This document shows, one piece after another, positions 29,001 to 37,686 of a stretch of 64,000 nucleotides of DNA. A program made the translations under genes and the position numbers. The notes beneath the pieces are model-generated. The model did not search any database and was not told where the DNA came from. It saw only the letters and a list, made by a program, of their open reading frames with translations. This DNA is from Ruthenibacterium sp. (lineage in GTDB: Bacteria; Bacillota; Clostridia; Oscillospirales; Ruminococcaceae): assembly GCA_020025235.1 (NCBI GenBank), contig JAHHSL010000003.1:12263-76262 (forward strand). Direction: 5' to 3'. Each line of letters begins with the position of its first letter. Position 1 is the first letter of the stretch.

Positions 29001-29897
29001 TCAGATATCACATTTTTTCAGGAACCCGAGCCCGATCGGATACGGGCCGGTGTGAACACCGATCGTTGCGCCGATGTTGGCCTTGCCGAAATCCTCGGGG
29101 CAAAGTCCCTTTCGCTCGAACGTTTCAAGCAGATATGCCTTGAAATCATCGTATTCGGGAATATCAATGCCGATACCGGTGCAGAACAGATAGCCGTCCA
29201 GATCAATGTTGTTTTCTTTCAGATAGGCAACAAATTTTTCGGTGACCTTCTGCAGGGATTTGCGGCGTCCGCGGCAGATTTCGGTCGTGCCAAGCTCGCC
29301 ATCATAAAAATGAAGCAGGGGCTTGAGGTTCAGCATGCTGCCGGCGATGCAGGCAACCTTGCCCAGACGGCCGCCGTGCTCCAGATATTTCAGGTCATTT
29401 GTCGTAAAGAAGATGTGGCCGGTTCCCCGAATCTCCTCCAGCAGCGGCACAGCGCGGGAAAGTTCCAGATCCATATCCCGCAGGCGGACGGCTTCGGTGA
29501 CAAGCAGACCCTGCAGTGCAGTCACAAGGCGGGAATCCATAACGTAAATGTCGGCGTCGGGATAATCGTCCTGAATCGAAGCCTTTGCCGTCATGGCAGA
29601 TTGATACGAGCCGCTGAACTTCTGTGTCAGACAGATGCACAAAACCGGCATGCCGCTTTGCACAAAGGGCAGGAACGCATCGATGTAATCCTGAATCGAA
29701 GGCATCGAGGTTTTCGGGAAACAGTCGGGATGGTCGATCATGGCCTGATAAAAATCGGCGACCGAAATATCAACGCCTTCCTTCTGGTAGGTTTCGCCGT
29801 CCAGTGAAACATAAAAAGGAACGACCGTGAGCCGGTTTTGCTGTGTGTAGCTTTGGGGCAGGTCTGCTGAACTGTCACATACGATTTCAAATTTCAT
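29001..29897 (-). CDS. DegV family fatty-acid-binding protein (FakB-like)
   Basis: DSSADLP, PKTSMPS, FSGSYQSA, LKYLEHGGR, IGVHTGP. Confidence 0.93.
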   Translation of the reverse strand: MKFEIVCDSSADLPQSYTQQNRLTVVPFYVSLDGETYQKEGVDISVADFYQAMIDHPDCFPKTSMPSIQDYIDAFLPFVQSGMPVLCICLTQKFSGSYQSAMTAKASIQDDYPDADIYVMDSRLVTALQGLLVTEAVRLRDMDLELSRAVPLLEEIRGTGHIFFTTNDLKYLEHGGRLGKVACIAGSMLNLKPLLHFYDGELGTTEICRGRRKSLQKVTEKFVAYLKENNIDLDGYLFCTGIGIDIPEYDDFKAYLLETFERKGLCPEDFGKANIGATIGVHTGPYPIGLGFLKKCDI

Positions 29898-30157
29898 TCA
29901 AAATAAAGGCAGGAACTGTCGGCTTTTGAAAAAACGATGAGAATGCAATTGATCATCCCCGGTCCCGCCGGATTCCTCCTCATCATTGTATTACGCATCT
30001 ATCTTTTGAAATGCTTCTTAGGTTTTTATGATAGCACGGCACGTTTCCGGAAACAAGAGGTACAATGTGAACTTTCCTTGAAATGAACATAAAATGCGAA
30101 GAAAACGGCAAAAAAAGAAAAACGGAACGTGCAGATCCGAAACAGGTGCAAGAAAAC

Positions 30158-30187
30158 GGCATGCCGTCCTAAAAAAATCCATACAAT
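30158..30187 (+). promoter_or_regulatory. Possible sigma-E-type promoter for sigK
   Basis: -10 CATACAAT at 30180-30187 with GGCATGCC 14 nt upstream; the -35 match is weak. Confidence 0.45.
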
Positions 30188-30215
30188 GCAGTAGGAAGAA
30201 AAGGAGGAAAACAGC

Positions 30216-30932
30216 ATGTTCGGAGTATTTATGAGCATTGTTGCAGGAAAATTGCTGTATTTTGCGCTGCATCTGGAAAGCAGCAGCTTCCCCAAGCCGC
30301 TTTCTGCAAAGGAGGAGCTGGAAGCATTTGACGCGATGAAAGCGGGGGACGCGCAGGCAAAAGACCGGCTGATCCGCCACAATCTGCGGCTGGTAGCACA
30401 TATCGCAAAAAAATATTATGCCGCGAATGTAGAGCAGGAGGATCTGATCAGCATCGGTACGATCGGCCTTATCAAGGCGGTGAACAGCTTCGATCATCAG
30501 AAAGGGGCGCGCTTTGCCACCTATGCGGCGCGGTGTATTGAAAATGAGATCCTGATGCAGTTCCGGTCGGATAAAAAGCTGAAAAATGATGTGTCGATCC
30601 ATGAGCCGATCGAATGTGATAAGGATGGGAACGGCCTGACGCTGAACGATGTGGTGGCGGACAGCTTTGATCTGCGCGAGGATCTTGAACGTCGGGAGGA
30701 AATGCGGCTGCTGCGCCGCGTGGTGAACCGTCTGGAAGGAAGAGAGCGCCAGATCGTGATTTTGCGGTACGGCCTTTCCGGCCTTCCGCCGATGACACAG
30801 CAGAAAACGTCCGAACTGCTGCACATCAGCCGCAGTTATGTATCCCGCATTGAAAAGAAGGCGCTGGCAGAGCTCAAGACGCTGATTCAGCAGGAAGCAA
30901 AACCGGAAAATGCGCTCCGGACAGAAAAATGA
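30216..30932 (+). CDS. sigK: Sporulation sigma factor pro-sigma-K (uninterrupted)
   Basis: Hydrophobic pro-peptide; SFPKPLS, HNLRLVAHIAKKY, EDLISIGTIGLIKA, ARCIENEILM, ISRSYVSRIEKKAL. Confidence 0.9.
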   Translation: MFGVFMSIVAGKLLYFALHLESSSFPKPLSAKEELEAFDAMKAGDAQAKDRLIRHNLRLVAHIAKKYYAANVEQEDLISIGTIGLIKAVNSFDHQKGARFATYAARCIENEILMQFRSDKKLKNDVSIHEPIECDKDGNGLTLNDVVADSFDLREDLERREEMRLLRRVVNRLEGRERQIVILRYGLSGLPPMTQQKTSELLHISRSYVSRIEKKALAELKTLIQQEAKPENALRTEK

Positions 30933-30952
30933 GAAAAAACACGAAAAAAGGC

Positions 30953-30981
30953 TTGCATCAAAGGGAAATGTCTGGTATCCT
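30953..30981 (+). promoter_or_regulatory. Sigma-A promoter for the uraA leader
   Basis: TTGCAT-N17-TATCCT with an extended TG. Confidence 0.6.
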
Positions 30982-31008
30982 ATATTAGGTTTGGGAAAGG
31001 GTTTGGAT

Positions 31009-31116
31009 ATGAAAGCTTTTAATACATCAGCTGAATATGCAAATAAAAAACGCACTGCCGCATCCGTTTTATGCGAAACAAACAGGGCGCTCTTTTCACA
31101 TTCCGTTTTAACATGA
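31009..31116 (+). CDS. Putative 35-aa leader peptide MKAFNTSAEYANKKRTAASVLCETNRALFSHSVLT
   Basis: SD-like GGAAAGGG before the ATG; the stop codon is 5 nt before the leader terminator. Confidence 0.55.
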   Translation: MKAFNTSAEYANKKRTAASVLCETNRALFSHSVLT

Positions 31117-31121
31117 GCAGA

Positions 31122-31166
31122 AGGCATTTTCCGTTATTGCACAATAACGGGAATGCCTCTTTTTTT
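31122..31166 (+). terminator. Attenuator terminator in the uraA leader
   Basis: AGGCATTTTCCGTTATT-gcac-AATAACGGGAATGCCT followed by a T run, 65 nt before the uraA start. Confidence 0.8.
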
Positions 31167-31231
31167 GGCTGCTGTCAATCACCCGAGCGGTGTTTGGATA
31201 CAGAAAGGTCTATTTGAGGAGGAAGTATTGA

Positions 31232-32563
31232 ATGAGCAAAGAAAAAGAAAAAATCGAGCTCGGAAAAGAAGGATTGTATGACGCGCGCAAGCTCGGCATC
31301 GGAAAGATGCTGGTGCTGGGCATGCAGCATACGTTCGCGATGTTCGGCGCAACGGTACTGGTTCCGATCCTGACGGGGATCAACGTTTCCACGGCACTGC
31401 TGTTTGCAGGCATCGGCACACTGCTGTTCCACCTTGTCACAAAGGGAAAGGTTCCTGCGTTCCTTGGCTCCAGCTTTGCGTTCCTGGGCGGATATGCCGC
31501 AGTGGCGCCCCTTGGCAAGGACGGCACCCCCAGCGAGATGCTTCCGTATGCGGCAGGCGGCATCGTGGTTGCAGGCCTGATCTATGTCCTGCTCAGCGCG
31601 CTGATCAAGGTGTTCGGCGTGCGCAAGATCATGCGTTTCTTCCCGCCGGTCGTTACCGGCCCGATCATCATTTCGATCGGCCTGATCCTGGCACCTACGG
31701 CTATCACCAACTGTTCTACAAACTGGACACTGGCCATGATCGCGCTTGTTGTCATCATCGTGTGCAATATCTGGGGCAAAGGCATGACGAAGATCCTGCC
31801 GATCCTGATCGGCATCGTGGTTTCCTACATTGCGGCGATCCTTATGGGCGAAGTGGACTTCACGGCAATCAATAAAGCAGATTGGGTCGGCCTTGCGGTG
31901 CACACTTCCGGCATGGCAAAATTCAGCCTGAGCGCATGCATCACGATCGCGCCGATCGCACTGGCAACTATGATGGAACACATCGGCGATATTGCGGCAA
32001 TCAGCGCAACCTGCGAACGTTCGTACCTGTCGGACCCGGGTCTGCACCGCACCCTGCTGGGTGACGGCCTTGCAACCAGCATCGCCGGCCTGTTCGGCGC
32101 TCCGGCAAACACCACTTACGGCGAAAACACCGGTGTTCTGGCTTTGACCAAGGTGTATGACCCCCGCGTTATGCGCATTGCAGCCTGCTTTGCAATCTTC
32201 CTCAGCTTCTTCCCGAAAATCGGCGCGGCGCTGCAGACGATCCCCGCAGCGATCATCGGCGGCATCTCGTTTGTGCTGTACGGCATGATCTCTTCTGTCG
32301 GCGTGCGCAACATTGTCGAAAATCAGGTCGATTTCACAAAATCCCGCAACCTGATCATTGCAGCGGTGATCCTTGTTTCGGCACTGGGCTTCAACAGCGT
32401 CGGCGGCATCACGATCCCGCTTGGTGAAACTTACAGCTTTACGCTTTCCGGCCTTGCAATTGCTGCAATCGTCGGAATCCTGCTGAATGCGATCCTGCCG
32501 GGCAACGATTATGAATTCGGCGTGGATCTCAAGGGCGACAGCGCTGTCAGCTTTGAAGTCTGA
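31232..32563 (+). CDS. uraA: Uracil permease (NCS2 family)
   Basis: GMQHTFAMFGATVLVP, FLGSSFAF, EHIGD, PGLHRTLLGDG, NTTYGENTGV. Confidence 0.9.
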   Translation: MSKEKEKIELGKEGLYDARKLGIGKMLVLGMQHTFAMFGATVLVPILTGINVSTALLFAGIGTLLFHLVTKGKVPAFLGSSFAFLGGYAAVAPLGKDGTPSEMLPYAAGGIVVAGLIYVLLSALIKVFGVRKIMRFFPPVVTGPIIISIGLILAPTAITNCSTNWTLAMIALVVIIVCNIWGKGMTKILPILIGIVVSYIAAILMGEVDFTAINKADWVGLAVHTSGMAKFSLSACITIAPIALATMMEHIGDIAAISATCERSYLSDPGLHRTLLGDGLATSIAGLFGAPANTTYGENTGVLALTKVYDPRVMRIAACFAIFLSFFPKIGAALQTIPAAIIGGISFVLYGMISSVGVRNIVENQVDFTKSRNLIIAAVILVSALGFNSVGGITIPLGETYSFTLSGLAIAAIVGILLNAILPGNDYEFGVDLKGDSAVSFEV

Positions 32564-32597
32564 TCCTGCACAAAAGCATCCTGATATCGGAAATATG

Positions 32598-32634
32598 AAA
32601 AACGGAGTGTATCACACGATACACTCCGTTTTTT
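32598..32634. terminator. Bidirectional terminator
   Basis: AAAAACGGAGTGTATC-acac-GATACACTCCGTTTTTT. Confidence 0.85.
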
Positions 32635-32669
32635 GCTGCCGTTTGAATGAAAAGCAGCGCGGCGGCGCG

Positions 32670-33131
32670 TTACCGAAGCTCCAGATTGATGGATTTTTCG
32701 GTGAAGCCCAGCTTTTCATACAGTTTGCGGGCGGCGTGGTTCATGGCGTTTACCTGAAGTTCCAGCCCGTCCAGATGCTCCTGCTGCACCTTGTCCCGGG
32801 CAAATGCCAGCAGGCGGCTGCCGATCCCGCGCCCGCGGAACGCTTCTTTTACAGCAAGATCGTCCACAAAAAGAATATTCCGCGTCACCTGTTTATCAGA
32901 TTCCACATGCCGGTATACAAAGCTGAGCAGACCGACGACCTGTCCATCCAGTTCGGCGACAAGAAGGCGCTTTTCACACATCAGCTTGTCATAGTATGCT
33001 TTGGAATAGACCGGTGCGGCGGGCTTATAGATATCCGGACGCCAGTGCACATGCATTGCATGGACTTGCTGCATAATGGCTTCGGTACTGTCGTAATCGG
33101 CAGCTTCGGCACAGCGGATCTGAAGATTCAT
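32670..33131 (-). CDS. GNAT family N-acetyltransferase
   Basis: VDDLAVKEAFRGRGIGSRLL; N..ARKLYEKLGF. Confidence 0.9.
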   Translation of the reverse strand: MNLQIRCAEAADYDSTEAIMQQVHAMHVHWRPDIYKPAAPVYSKAYYDKLMCEKRLLVAELDGQVVGLLSFVYRHVESDKQVTRNILFVDDLAVKEAFRGRGIGSRLLAFARDKVQQEHLDGLELQVNAMNHAARKLYEKLGFTEKSINLELR

Positions 33132-33275
33132 AAAATTCACTCTTTCTTTTTGAATTTTGGCCGGGAAATCATGTTGTCTTGCGGAAAACCGAAACCGGAT
33201 TCCGCGGCTTTTGCATCCGGCTTTGGTTGGGACAAAGCGGAATACGCCGCAGCCGCGCGGCAAATGGGGCAGACA

Positions 33276-34004
33276 TCAGCTGTTGTTATCGACGATCAGC
33301 ATGTTCATTTTCTGCCAGCGGCGCAGATCCTTTACGCTTAAAAGCAGATGCTGCTGCAGGTTTTCATAGTCGGTGCTGGGGTTCAGCGTCACAAGGCACT
33401 TGAACGCGCATGGCATCAGATCGGCGCTTGAAATACCGCACAAAAGACCTTCCGTGTAGTCGCGCAGTTCCAGGGGATTAAAGATGTAAAGAAGATCCTG
33501 CTCCAGTTTGTTATAGCAGTTTACAAAGGAAAAACGAATCAGCATATCACTGTACAATACGCTGCCGTTATAGTAGATCTCGCTGCTGCGGCCTGTGGGG
33601 GTGGAGGAGCGGATCGACATGCTGGCATCGCAGCAGCCATCCTTATCCACCACATTTTTGTGGATATCGATCACGGCCTCTTTCAGCCGGTGGTATCGTC
33701 CGTCGTAAAAATAGAAGTACAGCCGGTCTGCCTTGAAGAAGGGGCTTTCACCGCTGTAATCGACGGCAGGGGTCAGCGGGGGCTGCTCATCGGGGCGGTA
33801 ATCGGCAAGACGGCTCAGGTCTACATCCAGAACCTTGCTGATTTCAAACAACGTCTCGATATCCAGAGTGATTTCTCCGGTTTCATATTTGCTGACCGTC
33901 GCGCGGCTTTTATGGATCTGATCGGCAAGCTGCTGCAGGGTCAGTTTTTTCATTTTTCGGTAATTGCGGATGCGCGCACCAAGGCACTGATTGATGTTTT
34001 CCAT
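33276..34004 (-). CDS. XRE-family transcriptional regulator with a C-terminal putative sensor domain
   Basis: IRNYRKMKKLTLQQLADQIHKSRATVSKYETG; divergent from the NSS transporter. Confidence 0.85.
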   Translation of the reverse strand: MENINQCLGARIRNYRKMKKLTLQQLADQIHKSRATVSKYETGEITLDIETLFEISKVLDVDLSRLADYRPDEQPPLTPAVDYSGESPFFKADRLYFYFYDGRYHRLKEAVIDIHKNVVDKDGCCDASMSIRSSTPTGRSSEIYYNGSVLYSDMLIRFSFVNCYNKLEQDLLYIFNPLELRDYTEGLLCGISSADLMPCAFKCLVTLNPSTDYENLQQHLLLSVKDLRRWQKMNMLIVDNNS

Positions 34005-34217
34005 AGGTGTCCCTCAAAAGTTTCGTTAAAATATCCATTTTTGTGTTTTCGTCCGGAAATAGCGCTAAAATACATCATTTTCGATAGATATTCTATCACA
34101 AAGAAATATAGGATGTCAAAAGTTTATTTTAAAGAAACATTTGGGGCTTTGCATAATGCCGCACGAAACGATATAGTTAGGAAGTCAAATCTTTCGACGA
34201 TGAGGAGTTTTGTTTTT

Positions 34218-35624
34218 ATGGAAGCAAAGAAAAAAGGCGGATTCACAAGTTCGATCGGTTTTGTGCTGGCGGCGGCAGGAAGTGCGGTCGGAGTGGGAAA
34301 TATCTGGAGATTCCCGTACCTTGCAGCACAGGATGGCGGCGGGCTTTTTCTGCTGATTTATCTGGTTTTGGTTCTGACCTTTGGTTTCACTTTGCTTGCA
34401 ACGGATATTGTCATCGGACGGCGCACCGGAAAAAACGCGTGGCAGGCCTTTGGGGCAATTCGTTCCGGGTGGGGTTTTCTTGGCAAGATCACCTTTTTGG
34501 TGCCGGTGCTGATTATGACGTATTACAGCGTGATCGGCGGCTGGATTTTGAAATATGCCGCGGTTTACATGACCGGACAGTATCAGGAAGCCGCACAGGA
34601 CGGCTACTTTACCTCGTTTATTTCGAGCAGTGTGTCACCGATCGTATTCATGCTGATCTTTCTTGCCATGACGGCAGCTGTTGTATACGCAGGTGTGGAA
34701 AAGGGAATTGAAAAATTTTCAAAGTTTGTGATGCCCTGCCTGCTGCTGATGATTCTTGGCATTGCAATCTATTCGCTGACACTGCATCATACCGATGCCG
34801 CCGGAAACGAGCGCACCGGGCTGCAGGGGCTGGCTGTCTACCTGATCCCGGATTTCAAGGGGCTGACCGTTTCGCGCTTTTTGAGCATTCTTTTGGATGC
34901 GATGAGCCAGCTGTTCTTTTCGCTGAGCGTTTCCATGGGGATTATGATCACCTATGGTTCGTATGTAAAAAAGGATGTGGATCTGAACCGTTCGGTTGCG
35001 CAGATCGAAATTTTTGATACCAGTGTCGCACTGCTTGCCGGTATGATGATCATTCCCGCTGTTTATGTCTTTGCAGGCACGGAGGGGATGCAGTCCGGCC
35101 CGAGCCTGATGTTTGTTTCTCTGCCGAAGGTGTTTTCCTCCATGGGCGCCATGGGTATCGTGATCGGCATTGCATTCTTTGTGATGATTTTGTTTGCGGC
35201 GCTGACATCCTGCGTTTCGATCATGGAAACACTGGTTGCAACCTGCATGAACATCTTCCATGCATCCCGCAAAAAGGTGAGCATGGTCATTGCGGTGCTT
35301 TCGGCGCTCAGTGCAATTGTGATCTGCATGGGCTACAATGCACTTTACTTCAGCGTAACACTGCCGAACGGCCAGAGCGGCCAGCTGCTGGATATTATGG
35401 ACTACGTCAGCAACAGTTTCCTGATGCCCATGATCGCATTTCTGACAAGCATTTTTGTCGGCTGGGTCATCAAACCGGAATGGATCGAGCAGGAAATGGA
35501 AATCGGCGCAGTGCGCTTTAACCGGAAAAAGCTGTACCGCGTTATGATCCGGTATGTCGTTCCGGTTATTATGATCGTGCTGTTTGTACAGTCCACAGGG
35601 ATCCTCCGCTTCCTTATCGGGTAA
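34218..35624 (+). CDS. Sodium-dependent transporter (NSS/SNF family)
   Basis: AAGSAVGVGNIWRFPY, GVEKGIEK, QLFFSLS, GIMITYGSY, GPSLMFVSLP. Confidence 0.93.
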   Translation: MEAKKKGGFTSSIGFVLAAAGSAVGVGNIWRFPYLAAQDGGGLFLLIYLVLVLTFGFTLLATDIVIGRRTGKNAWQAFGAIRSGWGFLGKITFLVPVLIMTYYSVIGGWILKYAAVYMTGQYQEAAQDGYFTSFISSSVSPIVFMLIFLAMTAAVVYAGVEKGIEKFSKFVMPCLLLMILGIAIYSLTLHHTDAAGNERTGLQGLAVYLIPDFKGLTVSRFLSILLDAMSQLFFSLSVSMGIMITYGSYVKKDVDLNRSVAQIEIFDTSVALLAGMMIIPAVYVFAGTEGMQSGPSLMFVSLPKVFSSMGAMGIVIGIAFFVMILFAALTSCVSIMETLVATCMNIFHASRKKVSMVIAVLSALSAIVICMGYNALYFSVTLPNGQSGQLLDIMDYVSNSFLMPMIAFLTSIFVGWVIKPEWIEQEMEIGAVRFNRKKLYRVMIRYVVPVIMIVLFVQSTGILRFLIG

Positions 35625-35687
35625 CCGCGGGCAGGCTTGTATCCGGCAAAGCGGGGAAAAAGACATCCGCAGGCCGAATGAAAAAAG

Positions 35688-35779
35688 AAAGCTGCGGCAG
35701 AAAAAGGCGAAAAGCACTTTTCTGCCGCAGCTTTGAACAACGCAAAAGCCGCACAGCAGCATGCTGTGCGGCTTTTTGC
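35688..35779. terminator. Two tandem hairpins between convergent transporter genes
   Basis: AAAGCTGCGGCAGAAAA...TTTTCTGCCGCAGCTTT (35688-35734) and GCAAAAGCCGCACAGCA..TGCTGTGCGGCTTTTTGC (35742-35779). Confidence 0.75.
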
Positions 35780-35830
35780 AGGTTACGGAGAATCAGACCA
35801 TAAGTGAAATGGAATACAAAGAAACAAGCA

Positions 35831-37255
35831 TCAGGATTCTGCTTTTGCGCGGCGTTCTGCCAGATCTTTTTCCATCTGAGCCAGTTTGCTCTTGCTCAGG
35901 TTAAAGATCAGGCCGTATGCAACAAACTGCAGAACTGCGCTGAAGAGGTACATGCCAGCTGTCAGATAGCGCATGTTAAGTGCGGTTTCGGCAGTCTGGT
36001 TGGGGCCCAGTGCGCCGTTGTAACCGAACCAGGTTGCAAGAGCAAGACCGACCGACGGTCCGATGCCCTGTGCCAGTTTGCGGAAGAAGGAATGCAGAGC
36101 ATAGGTCGTACCTTCGTTGCGTGTGCCGAACTTCCATTCCTCATAGTCCATTGCATCAGCCATAAGGGACCAGCCCACGCAGCTGCCGATACCAGCGCCC
36201 AGCGTGTTGAGGATCTGGCAGGCAACAAACATGCCAAGGCCCTTGGAATCCGGAGTGATCGGAAGAACGAACATCAGGATATAGGCGAAAATGCTGACAA
36301 GGGAACCGGCAACAACGGATTCACGTTTGCCGAACTTGGTGACGATCTTTGCGATGAACGGCATAAACAGGAAGGTGCCAAGCATCTGGATCATCTGCAC
36401 CATACCCATGATGCGGGCATTTTTGAAATAGGACTGGAACATGATCTGCATTGCCGTGCCTGCACCCGCCATGCCGAGGAAGATTGCAACCGGGGCAAGC
36501 GTTGCGCCGATTGCAGCACGGTTGCGGATGAAGTGGCCGAATGCCTTGAACGGGTTGAATTTCGGGGTGTCCTCTTTCAGAGTGATCTGCGTATCGACAC
36601 GGATGACGGTATTGCGGATCATAAACTGGAAGGCGATGAAGCCCAGAATACCCATGAACAGTGCGATGAAGAACACGCGTTCACCCAGCAGAACGTTGTT
36701 TTCGTCGTAAATCAGGACAGGCAGCAAAGCCATGGTGAGCATTGCGCCGACCGAGGAACCGAGCGAACGCCAGGTGGAAAGCTGTGCACGTTCGACAGGA
36801 TCGGAACTGATCAGGGAAAGGATAGAACCGTACGGGACGTTTGCCACGGTGTAGAAAGCATCCCAGATGATATAACCGCCGATGAACAGCAGGTTTTTGA
36901 CCATGGACGGAGCGCCTTTCCACGGAACAAAGCAAAGCGCGCCTGCAACAAGAAGACCAAGAGAACCGGCCCAAATGTAAGCAAGGAATTTGTTGCGTTT
37001 GTATTTGTGCTTATCTGCGTCGACCATAGCGCCGATCAGAGGATCGTTGATCGCGTCCCAGATCTGAACCACTAAAAGCAGCGACGCCATCACCATGTTG
37101 TCGATGCCCATGAACTGTGTCCAGAAAATGGTCAGCGTACCTTTCAATGCGAAACTCATGTTGCAGCCAAAATCGCCGGCAGCATATGCGAGTTTATCGC
37201 GGAACCCGAATTTGCGCAGACCGTTTGCGTCTGTTTCAGCTGACTTGGTAGCCAT
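35831..37255 (-). CDS. MFS glycoside-pentoside-hexuronide (MelB/GPH) symporter
   Basis: YAAGDFGCN, IWDAINDPLIGAMVD, YTVANVPYGS, ADAMDYEEWKFGTRNEG. Confidence 0.92.
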   Translation of the reverse strand: MATKSAETDANGLRKFGFRDKLAYAAGDFGCNMSFALKGTLTIFWTQFMGIDNMVMASLLLVVQIWDAINDPLIGAMVDADKHKYKRNKFLAYIWAGSLGLLVAGALCFVPWKGAPSMVKNLLFIGGYIIWDAFYTVANVPYGSILSLISSDPVERAQLSTWRSLGSSVGAMLTMALLPVLIYDENNVLLGERVFFIALFMGILGFIAFQFMIRNTVIRVDTQITLKEDTPKFNPFKAFGHFIRNRAAIGATLAPVAIFLGMAGAGTAMQIMFQSYFKNARIMGMVQMIQMLGTFLFMPFIAKIVTKFGKRESVVAGSLVSIFAYILMFVLPITPDSKGLGMFVACQILNTLGAGIGSCVGWSLMADAMDYEEWKFGTRNEGTTYALHSFFRKLAQGIGPSVGLALATWFGYNGALGPNQTAETALNMRYLTAGMYLFSAVLQFVAYGLIFNLSKSKLAQMEKDLAERRAKAES

Positions 37256-37610
37256 AAATTACCTCCTCCTTGCGGGGACGACCCCCGCATATGTGAAATG
37301 AAGCGGCATGATTTCTCCGTATTTGTCGCTAATAACAGAATAGCACGAAATGGTTGCCTTAAATTTGTAAAAATTGCTTTAAACTATGCAAATCTTGCGC
37401 AAAAGAACAAAAATGACAAAAACGTGAAAAAATGGAGGGAATAAATGCATGTTTTTGGGTATATTTCAATAAAAATGGGCGAAATATATTGGTAAAATTG
37501 CGTAAATGAAGATTTTGACTAAAAAAACGCGGAAAGTCATAAGAACATACATTGTAAAACTTGTGTAAAGTTTTTGTATAGCCGGCATCGAGGAAACCGG
37601 CAAATACAGC

Positions 37611-37666
37611 TTGACAAATATACCAAAAAAGTGTATTTTAATGGTGTACCCCCACCCCGGGGGAGT
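37611..37666 (+). promoter_or_regulatory. copA promoter and CsoR-type operator
   Basis: TTGACA-N17-TATTTT; C/G-tract pseudo-palindrome TACCCCCACCCCGGGGGAGT at 37647-37666. Confidence 0.7.
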
Positions 37667-37686
37667 GTTTTGAAAGGAAGACCGAT

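Noticed and set aside
30990..31170. PyrR-binding site or purine riboswitch in the uraA leader
   Set aside because: Neither consensus is visible by eye; an Infernal scan would be needed to exclude them fully
33660..34217. N-terminal extension of the 654-aa transporter ORF
   Set aside because: It overlaps the divergent XRE gene; RBS GAGGAG and family homology point to the ATG at 34218
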